64,000 bases of DNA from an uncultured Actinomycetota bacterium (GTDB taxonomy: Bacteria > Actinomycetota > Actinomycetes > Streptosporangiales > Streptosporangiaceae). The position numbers and the translations under genes were made by a program. Positions 19,261 through 27,753 of this stretch are shown piece by piece (position 1 is the first letter of the stretch; every line of letters starts with the position of its first letter). Below the pieces are notes generated by a model. It searched no databases and was not told the DNA's origin. It saw only the letters and a program-made list of their open reading frames with translations. The stretch spans positions 55,386-119,385 of the forward strand of contig CAWEGV010000002.1 in the NCBI GenBank assembly GCA_963808615.1, in the 5' to 3' direction.

Positions 19261-19534
19261 TCGATGCGGGTCGGCCCCCGGGAAATAAACACCACCCATC
19301 TTGGCGTGCCGGCGCACGTGCGGTCCATCGCCCGGGCCCGGTCGCGTTCGCCGGCCAAGGCCCGGACCAGTCCCACGATGAGGATTTTTCACGGACAGTA
19401 TCGACGTGCATGCTGTCACGATCATCGGTGATGCGCTATACAAGGACGTACGACTGTCCGGCAACCGGGTGCGGGCGGCACGTGCCAGGCGCCCCGTGTC
19501 CGGGCAGAAGGCGAGGTTGCGAGGCATGGACTAG

Positions 19535-22018
19535 GTGCGAAGAAGCGAGATGCTGCCAAACGACAGGGCCCAGCCCGCCGCGCCTGACAAGCCAAGCCTG
19601 GGTACTCGCACGGTCCGCGCGTACCGCCGGGCCCCGGGATGGCTCAAGGTCGCCGTGGTCGCCGCCGCCGTCTTGTTCTTCCCGGTCACGCTGGGCCTGA
19701 TCATTCTGGCCGTGCTGGTCTACGCGATCGTCGCGGTGGTCCAGGGCCGGCGCACCGTCGGGGCTTCGGTCTGCGTCGCGATCTGGGGCGTGGCCGTCTT
19801 CTCCGCGCTGGATACCGGCAACCGGACCTGGCTGTATTCCCTGTTGCTACTGCCCTTCGTGGTCGTGGCGGCCGCGCACACCAGGCCGCTAGCCCGCTGG
19901 TTCGTGCCGTGCCGCACGGTCGCCTGGGTCCTGGCCTGGTCGGTGCCGGTCGGCGCCATCGCGGTGAAGGCGCTGCCGCACCAGCTGTACATCGGCACCA
20001 TCGGCGCCTGGCTGCTTGCCGCGGTCGTGCTCGGCTGGCGGCTGGCCAAGGGCATCGGTGAAGCGCGGATGTACGGCCCGGAAGGGCCCGGTCAGCCCGT
20101 CAGTCCCGGCGCGCTCAGCGCGGCGCAGGGCACGGCCCACCTTCCTGCCGCCACGAACCCCGGCGGGCGCTACGCCGGCCATCCGGGCCCGCCGGGCCAT
20201 GGCGTCCGGGCCCAGGCCGCGGCGCTGCCCTACGCCGAGCACGCCGTGCGCGACCACCAGTCAGCGCCGCCCCGGCCCAGGCCGCAGATCTCGGTCGAGG
20301 ACGCCATGGCGGAACTGGACGCGATGATCGGCCTGGCGCCGGTCAAGGAGCAGGTGCGCTCGATCGCCGCCTCCATCGAGGCGGCCCGGCAGCGGGCGAT
20401 AGCGGGCATCGCCACCGGCAGGCCGATGCGGCACTTCGTGTTCCTCGGCCCGCCGGGCACCGGGAAGACCACGGTGGCCAGGGTGCTGGCCAAGATCTTC
20501 TACGCCTTCGGCCTGCTGGAGATGCCCGAGGTCATCGAGGCGCACCGGGCCGACCTGGTCGGCGAGTACCTGGGCGCGACCGCGATCAAGACCAACGAGC
20601 TTGTCGATGCCGCGCTGGGCGGGGTGCTGTTCATCGACGAGGCCTACGGCCTGGTCAACGAGGGCGACGGGCAGACCGACAGGTTCGGTGTCGAGGCGGT
20701 GCAGACCCTGCTCAAGCGGGCCGAGGACGACCGCGAGAACCTGATCATCATCCTGGCCGGCTATGAGAAGCAGATGGAGACGTTCCTGGCCTCCAATCCC
20801 GGGCTCGCCTCGCGGTTCGCGACCCGGCTGAAGTTCGGCAGCTACTCGCCGATGGACATGATGAGGCTGGCCGACTTCGCGCTGGACCGCCGCGGCGAGG
20901 AGCTCGACCCGGACGCGCGGCCGGTGCTCCTGCACATCTTCGAGGACGTCGCGCGGCGCCGGATCACCGACGAGCTCGGCAACGGCCGGTTCGTCCGCAG
21001 CCTGCTGGAGAAGGCCGGCGAGGCCCGCGACGTGCGGGTCATGGCCCGCAGTACCGAGCCCTCGCGCGCTGACCTGGTGACGATCCGCGCAGACGACCTG
21101 GAGCGGGCGTTCTCCGAGCTGACCTCCCGGCTGCGGGGCTACGAGGACACGCCCACGGTGGAGGGCGCGATCGCCGAACTCGACGAGCTGATCGGCCTGG
21201 AGCCGGTCAAGCAGCAGGTGCGCGCGATCGCCGCCCAGCTGCGGGTGGCCAAGCTGCGCGACACCCACGGGCTGACCAGCCAGCCGCCGGCCAGGCACTT
21301 CGTGTTCACCGGCCCGCCCGGCACCGGCAAGACTACGGTGGCGCGCATCCTGGGCCGGATCTTCGCCGCCCTGGGCCTGCTGGTCAGGCCCGAAGTGGTG
21401 GAGGCACACCGCGGCGACCTGGTGGGCGAGCACCTCGGCTCGACCGCGATCAAGACCAACAAGCTCATCGACTCGGCCGTGGGCGGCGTGCTGTTCATCG
21501 ACGAGGCGTACTCCCTGCACAACGACGGGTACGTGGGCGGCGACGCGTTCGGCGCTGAGGCGGTCCAGACGCTGATCAAGCGGGCCGAGGATGACCGCGA
21601 CCGGCTGGTGATCGTGCTGGCCGGATACCCGGACGACACGGACAGGTTCCTGCACAGCAACCCCGGCCTGGCCTCGAGGTTCAGCGCCCGGGTCACCTTC
21701 CCCAGCTACCAGCCCGACGACCTGGTCCGGATCGCCGTGCTGCTGGCCGAACAGGCCGGGGACATCTTCGACCCGGCCGCGGTGGACGTCCTGGGCGGGA
21801 TCTTCGCCCGGGCCTGCGCGGCAGGCCGGATCGACGAGCTCGGCAACGGCCGGTTCGCCCGGTCCCTGTACGAGCGGGCCTGCGCCTACCGGGACGTCCG
21901 GGTGGTGAGCATGGGCGAGCAGCGGGCCACCGCGGAACACCTCACCACGGTGACCGCCGCTGACGTCCAGGCCGCAAACCAGGACCTGGACCCGGCCGCA
22001 CCGCCGGACCAGGGCTAG
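19535..22018 (+). CDS. Membrane-anchored tandem AAA+ ATPase (two CbbX/SpoVK/EccA-like modules)
   Basis: The N-terminus has about 5 hydrophobic helices. Two repeats follow of GL.PVK.QV...HFVF.GPPGTGKTTVAR (Walker A) and GGVLFIDEAY (Walker B). Each also has LAGY and NPGLASRF. An alternative ATG is at 19550. Confidence 0.85.
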   Translation: MRRSEMLPNDRAQPAAPDKPSLGTRTVRAYRRAPGWLKVAVVAAAVLFFPVTLGLIILAVLVYAIVAVVQGRRTVGASVCVAIWGVAVFSALDTGNRTWLYSLLLLPFVVVAAAHTRPLARWFVPCRTVAWVLAWSVPVGAIAVKALPHQLYIGTIGAWLLAAVVLGWRLAKGIGEARMYGPEGPGQPVSPGALSAAQGTAHLPAATNPGGRYAGHPGPPGHGVRAQAAALPYAEHAVRDHQSAPPRPRPQISVEDAMAELDAMIGLAPVKEQVRSIAASIEAARQRAIAGIATGRPMRHFVFLGPPGTGKTTVARVLAKIFYAFGLLEMPEVIEAHRADLVGEYLGATAIKTNELVDAALGGVLFIDEAYGLVNEGDGQTDRFGVEAVQTLLKRAEDDRENLIIILAGYEKQMETFLASNPGLASRFATRLKFGSYSPMDMMRLADFALDRRGEELDPDARPVLLHIFEDVARRRITDELGNGRFVRSLLEKAGEARDVRVMARSTEPSRADLVTIRADDLERAFSELTSRLRGYEDTPTVEGAIAELDELIGLEPVKQQVRAIAAQLRVAKLRDTHGLTSQPPARHFVFTGPPGTGKTTVARILGRIFAALGLLVRPEVVEAHRGDLVGEHLGSTAIKTNKLIDSAVGGVLFIDEAYSLHNDGYVGGDAFGAEAVQTLIKRAEDDRDRLVIVLAGYPDDTDRFLHSNPGLASRFSARVTFPSYQPDDLVRIAVLLAEQAGDIFDPAAVDVLGGIFARACAAGRIDELGNGRFARSLYERACAYRDVRVVSMGEQRATAEHLTTVTAADVQAANQDLDPAAPPDQG

Positions 22019-22020
22019 TC

Positions 22021-22047
22021 GCCCCGGCTGCGGCGCGCGCAGCTGGG
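22021..22047 (+). terminator. GC-rich hairpin downstream of the AAA+ gene (no U-tract)
   Basis: CCCCGGCTGCG-gcgcg-CGCAGCTGGGG with 1 mismatch, directly after stop 22018. Confidence 0.3.
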
Positions 22048-22060
22048 GTACGCTCGGCCG

Positions 22061-25000
22061 GTGGACGGACGCTGGGAATTCTGGATCGACCGGGGCGGTA
22101 CGTTCACCGACATCGTCGCCCGCCGGCCGGACGGGCGCCTGATCGCGCACAAGCTGCTGTCCGATAACCCCCGGGCCTACCGGGACGCGGCGGTGGCCGG
22201 GATCCGGCAGCTGCTCGGCCTCGGGCCGGACGAAAAGGTCCCCGCCGAGAAGATCGGCTCGGTCAGGCTCGGCACCACGGTGGCCACCAACGCCCTGCTG
22301 GAGCGCGCGGGCGAGCCGACCGTGCTGGTCATCACCGAAGGCTTCGCCGACGCGCTGCGCATCGCCTACCAGAACCGGCCGCGGATCTTCGACCGGCGGA
22401 TCATGCTGCCCGAACTGCTGTACGAGCGGGTCATCGAGGCCCGCGAGCGGGTCGCCGCCCACGGCGAGGTCCTCACCCCGCTGGACGAGGACGCCATCGC
22501 GCAAGCTCTCAAGCAGGCCTACGACGACGGCTTCCGCAGCGTGGCCGTGGTCTGCGTGCACGGGTACCGGTATCCCGCACACGAAGCGCGTATCGGCGAG
22601 ATCGCCCGTGCGGCGGGCTTCACCCAGGTCTCGGAGTCGCACCGGACCAGCCCCGATGAAGCTGGTCTCGCGGGGCGACACCACCGTGGTGGACGCGTAC
22701 CTGTCACCCATCCTGCGGCGGTACGTGACCGAGGTGGCCCGCGAGCTTCAGGGCGTCAAGCTGCTGTTCATGCAGTCCAACGGCGGCCTGACCGACGCGG
22801 CCAGCTTCCGCGGCAAGGACTCCATCTTGTCCGGCCCGGCCGGCGGCATTGTCGGCATGGCCCGTACCGCCGCCCAGGCCCTGGTTCTTCCAGGGTCATC
22901 GGGTTCGACATGGGCGGCACGTCCACCGACGTGTCGCACTTCGCGGGCGCGTTCGAGCGCGAGTACGAAACCCAGGTCGCCGGGGTGCGGATGCGGGCGC
23001 CGATGCTGTCCATCCATACCGTGGCCGCGGGCGGCGGCTCGGTGCTGCATTTCGACGGCAGCCGGTACCGGGCCGGGTCCTACTTGGCCCGCGCCGACCC
23101 CGGCCCGGCCTGCTACCGGCGCGGCGGCCCGCTCACCGTCACCGACGCCAACGTGCTGCTCGGGCGGATCCAGCCCGGCTACTTCCCGCGCGTGTTCGGC
23201 GAGCACTCCGACGCCCCGCTCGACGCCGGAGTCACCGAGGCGAAGTTCACCGAGCTGAGCGAGCAGATCACCGCCGCCACCGGCGACCGCCGCGGCCCGG
23301 ATCAGGTCGCGGCGGGCTTCATCGAGATCGCCGTGGCCAACATGGCCAACGCGATCAAGAAGATCTCGGTGCAGCGGGGTTACGACGTGACCGAGTACGT
23401 GCTCAACGTATTCGGTGGCGCCGGAGGCCAGCATGCCTGTGCCGTCGCGGACGCCCTGGGCATGTCGAAGGTGCTCATCCACCCCCTGGCCGGGGTGCTG
23501 TCCGCCTACGGCATCGGGCTGGCCGACATCGTCGCCATGCGCGAGCAGGCCGTCGAGGCGGCGCTCACCGACGACCTGGTGGCCAGGCTGCCCGCCATCA
23601 CAGGACCGCTCGAGGCCAGCGCCCGCGCCGAGGTGGCCGGCGAGGGGGTGCCCGGCGACCGGATCACCGCCGCGCACCGGGCCCACCTGCGCTACGGGGG
23701 CACCGACACCGCGGTCATCGTCCCGGTCGGCTCGGTAACCGCCATGACCCGGGCGTTCGAGACCGAGTACACCAGGCGCTTCTCGTTCCTGATGCCCGAC
23801 AAGACGATCCTCGTCGAGGCCGTGTCCGTCGAGGTCATGGGCGCCCAGGAGCAGCTGAGCGCGCCCACCACGGACCGTTCGGCCGCACTACAAGATGCCG
23901 AGCCGGAGCGCCGGCCAGCCACGAGAAGGTCCGGATGTTCATCGCCGGGGGATGGGCCGAGGCGAGCCTGTTCCGGCGGGCCGGGCTGCGGCCCGGGCAG
24001 GCCATCGACGGCCCGGCGATCATCGCCGAGGACCTGGCCACCACCGTGGTCGATCCCGGCTGGCAGGCCGTGGTGACCGGTGCCGGCGACCTGCTGCTGT
24101 CCCGCGTCACCGCCCGGCCCGGCCGCGCCGCGGTGGGCACCGCGGCCGACCCGGTGATGCTGGAGATCTTCAACAACCTGTTCATGTCGGTCGCCGAGCA
24201 GATGGGCGTGCGCCTGCAGGCCACCGCGCACTCGGTCAACATCAAGGAGCGGCTCGACTTCTCCTGCGCGCTGTTCGACGCCGAAGGCGGCCTGATCGCC
24301 AACGCCCCGCACATGCCGGTGCACCTGGGCTCGATGGGCGAGTCGATCAAGATGGTGATCCAGCGCAACCCGCACATCCGCCGCGGCGACGTCTTCGTCC
24401 TCAACGACCCGTACCACGGCGGCACTCACCTCCCGGACATCACAGTCGTCACCCCCGTGTTCGCTCCCCGCCGCGAACAGACCGCAACGATGTCACAACG
24501 ACGCGGCTATAACCGCCTCGATGTCACATCGTGCCGCCCAGACCCCGATCCCGGGAACGAAGAGCCCTGGTTCTACGTCGCCTCCCGCGGGCACCACGCC
24601 GAAATCGGCGGTATCTCGCCCGGCTCGATGCCCGCCGCCAGCGCCCGCGTCGAGGAGGAGGGGGTGCTGATCGACAACTGGCTGCTGGTCCAGGACGCCA
24701 GGCTCCGGGAGGCCGAGACGACCGCCCTCCTGCAAACCGCCGAGTACCCGTCCCGCGACCCGGCCACCAACCTGGCCGACCTGCGGGCCCAGATCGCCGC
24801 GAACGAGCGCGGTATCGCCGAACTGCACAAGATGGTGGACCACTTCGGCCTGGACGTGGTCCGCGCCTACATGGGCCACGTGCAAGAAAACGCCGCGGAG
24901 TCCGTGCGCAGGGTCATCACCGCGCTGCACGACGGCGAGTACGAATACGAGCTCGACAACCAGGCCCGGATCAAGGTCGCCGTCCGCGTCAGCGCCGCAC

Positions 25001-25755
25001 AAAAGACCGCCGAGATCGACTTCACCGGCACCTCTCGCCAGCTGAAAGACAACTTCAACGCCCCGTCCAGCGTGGCCATGGCGGCCGTGCTGTACGTCTT
25101 CCGCACCCTGGTGGACGACGACATCCCGCTCAACTCCGGCTGCCTGCACCCGCTCAAGGTGATCATCCCGCCCGGCACCATGCTGTCGCCGGAGTACCCG
25201 GCGGCCGTCGCGGCCGGCAACGTGGAGACCTCCCAGGTGGTCACCGGCGCCCTGTACGCCGCGCTCGGCGTGATGGCCGAGGGGTCCGGCACGATGAACA
25301 ACGTGACGTTCGGCAACGAGGAGTACCAGTACTACGAGACCGTGGCCAGCGGGTCCGGCGCGGGCGAGGGCTTCGACGGCACCGACGTGGTGCAGACCAA
25401 GATGACCAACTCGCGGCTCACCGACCCCGAGGTGCTCGAGTGGCGGTACCCGGTGCTGCTTGAGTCCTACCGGATCAGGCCCGGCAGCGGCGGCGCGGGC
25501 CGCTGGCACGGCGGCCGCGGCGGCATCCGGCGGCTGCGGTTCAACCAGCCGATGACCGTCAGCACGCTGACCGGGCACCGCCGCATCCCGGCGTTCGGCA
25601 TGGCCGGCGGCCAGCCCGGCGCGCTCGGCCGCCACTGGATCGAGCACCCGGACGGCACGGTCACCGCCATGGGCGGCTGTGATTCGGTCACCGTCCGGCC
25701 CGGCGATGTCTTCGTGATCGAAACCCCCGGCGGGGGAGGCTACGGCCCGCCGTAA
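22061..25755 (+). pseudogene. 5-oxoprolinase / hydantoinase A-B fusion (OPLAH-like), three frameshifts
   Basis: [21 protein letters not shown]. Then a shift near 22640 into [24 protein letters not shown] and a shift near 22880 into [16 protein letters not shown]. Then a shift near 23915 into [10 protein letters not shown]...[20 protein letters not shown]...[13 protein letters not shown]...ASRGHHAEIGG. The summed length of about 1230 aa fits fused HyuA/HyuB. Confidence 0.85.
24484..24535. repeat. Paired TGTCACA-centred palindromes (31-bp spacing) embedded in frame in the oxoprolinase CDS
   Basis: CGATGTCACA occurs at 24488 and 24519. The reverse complement of site 1 is CGTCGTTGTGACATCGTTG, which shares the 13-mer CGTCGTTGTGACA with both sites at 54156-54206. 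Confidence 0.5.
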
Positions 25756-25865
25756 CCCGGTTTTTAGGCCGAACGGTTCGTGGTGCATGACTCACGCAAC
25801 GCAGATTCGCCGCGGTTGGCTTGAGCGCCAGCCGTGCCGCCCCAGGATGAGCGGCAGCCCTCAGC

Positions 25866-27506
25866 CTACGGTTCGTCGCCCTCGAGTTCGCACAGCACCG
25901 CGACCAGGGCGGTCTCGTCGCCGCTGGTGTGATCGAGCACGGCCATCAGCGCGTGCAGCACCAGGTGCCGGTCCTGGCCCGCGTCGAGCAGGCGCTGCGC
26001 CGCCTCCCACAGCTCAGGCGGGTCTCCCCGCCACAGCCGGTCGGCCAGCGCCAGGTGCCGGTCAATGTGAGGGCCGACGCCGCCGGGCGCCGGGGTGGCG
26101 TGGTCGGCGGCGATCAGCGTGCGGCGGTCCCCGGGATCGGCGGGGTCCAGGCTGCTCAGGTCGGTACCGTTATGCCAGCCCTCGAGCACGCCGAACGCGA
26201 ACGCGCGCCGCGGCAGGGCCTCCAGTTCACCGTCCGGCAGCAGCCGCCTGACCAGCACGTAGTCCAGGCCGAACTCGGCCGGATCGCGGTAGGCCCGGGC
26301 GAAGATGCCCATCGAGTTGAACACCGCCTCCAGGGCCTCGTTCACCACCGGGTCGGGCAGCCCGCGGCGGCGCCCGGCCCAGCGGACCCAGGCGGCCAGC
26401 ACGTGCGGCATGGCGTCCTGCTCGGCAAATGACAGCATCACCTTGCGCGGCAGCCAGCCGAGCAGGAACGTCTCCACCTTGGCCGGGCTCATCCGCAGCG
26501 GCCGCCCGAAGTCCTGGTCGCAGCCGAAGTCGATGATGCGGTCCGCGCAATGCGAGGCCGATCCGCGGTCGGACAGGTCCTCGGCCTCGTCGGAGGCCAG
26601 GAACTCGGCGGCCAGCATGGCCCGGCGGTCCTTGCTCCACAGCTGCCGCCGCGCCCCGGTGGCCGACAGCGAGCGGCCCCGGTAGGGCGGCAGGGCCCTG
26701 ATGCGTGCCCTGATGAACGCGTGGTAGGAGGCGAACGACTCGCTGACCGGCGGGTCGGTCGCGGTGTCGGTCACGGCCAGCGCGGTCTCCAGCATGTGCC
26801 GCGCCTGCCCGGCCTCCAGCTGCCGGAACGCCTGCCTGCCCTCGGGCGCGGCCTCGGCCCGCTGGCTGCTGGCCTCGCGGCAGTGATCCAGCAGCTTGTC
26901 CACCCGCGAGGTCACCCAGCCGTCGCGGAGCATCCCCTCGGCGTTGTAGTCCACCACCGCGACCAGCGCGTGCGGCTCTTCGCCGTCGTAACTGAACACG
27001 GTGATGACCTCGTCCTGGTCGCCGAGCAGGTCGGGGTTGACGTAGCACTCGCCGGCCGTCACCGCGCCCAGGTGCTCGGCCCAGCCCGGACACGGCACGC
27101 CCGCCTCGATCAGGTCCAGGGCCGCGCGTTCGGCCTTGGCCGCCTGCCGGGGGGTGCCCAGGCAGGCGATGCCGGACAGCAGGGCCAGCGCGGCCGGGCT
27201 GCGCTGCCCGGCCGCGTAGTCAACCAGTCCCTCGCCGACCAGCTGCTCCACCGTGGCGCCGCCCCGGCCGCGCCGCCGGGGGGCGCACTGCCCCCACCAG
27301 GTGCCGAGCAGCTCGCTGACCATGAGTTCGGCATCCAGCGGGCTGCGCACGGCCAGCAGCTCGCGCGCCGCGCGCAGCATCTCGGCGAACAGCGCGTTCG
27401 GCGGCGGGGCGGCAGCACCTGTCCCCTGGGTTCCCCGCCCGTGCCGGCCGCCGCCTGATCCGGTCGGATCGCCAGGGGATTGGCTGCGTCGGCTCTGCGG
27501 GCTCAC
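25866..27506 (-). CDS. Conserved hypothetical protein (546 aa)
   Basis: A long ORF with coding-like composition and no recognisable catalytic motif. The N-terminus is Gly/Arg-rich and disordered. Confidence 0.6.
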   Translation of the reverse strand: MSPQSRRSQSPGDPTGSGGGRHGRGTQGTGAAAPPPNALFAEMLRAARELLAVRSPLDAELMVSELLGTWWGQCAPRRRGRGGATVEQLVGEGLVDYAAGQRSPAALALLSGIACLGTPRQAAKAERAALDLIEAGVPCPGWAEHLGAVTAGECYVNPDLLGDQDEVITVFSYDGEEPHALVAVVDYNAEGMLRDGWVTSRVDKLLDHCREASSQRAEAAPEGRQAFRQLEAGQARHMLETALAVTDTATDPPVSESFASYHAFIRARIRALPPYRGRSLSATGARRQLWSKDRRAMLAAEFLASDEAEDLSDRGSASHCADRIIDFGCDQDFGRPLRMSPAKVETFLLGWLPRKVMLSFAEQDAMPHVLAAWVRWAGRRRGLPDPVVNEALEAVFNSMGIFARAYRDPAEFGLDYVLVRRLLPDGELEALPRRAFAFGVLEGWHNGTDLSSLDPADPGDRRTLIAADHATPAPGGVGPHIDRHLALADRLWRGDPPELWEAAQRLLDAGQDRHLVLHALMAVLDHTSGDETALVAVLCELEGDEP

Positions 27507-27753
27507 CTTGATAGCCTCTCAGATCTGAACATGCGGACGCTATGCTACGGTGCCATGCCCGCCGCTGTTCCGCCTCGTAAACGGTAAGCGACACGCGGGC
27601 ACACCTGACGTGCATGGCAAATCGCCGTTCGCTTTCCGCGAATCCGCTTTCCTGGCCGCACCAAATGCCGGATTGTGGCACGCTTAATTAGTTGGGTGCG
27701 GGAGCGATCCCGGGGAAGGAGCCGCCCATGGCAGCCCCCGGTGCGGTGGGTGG

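Noticed and set aside
20261-22711. Very long antisense or alternate-frame ORFs. Examples: 91..1089 minus, 20261..22711 minus, 33475..35472 minus, 35488..37839 minus, 36306..38495 plus, 39533..41323 plus, 47546..48745 minus, 61810..63663 minus.
   Set aside because: These are typical shadow ORFs of a genome above 70% GC. Their translations are Arg/Pro/Gly/Ala-rich with no motifs, and each overlaps a well-supported gene on the other strand or frame.
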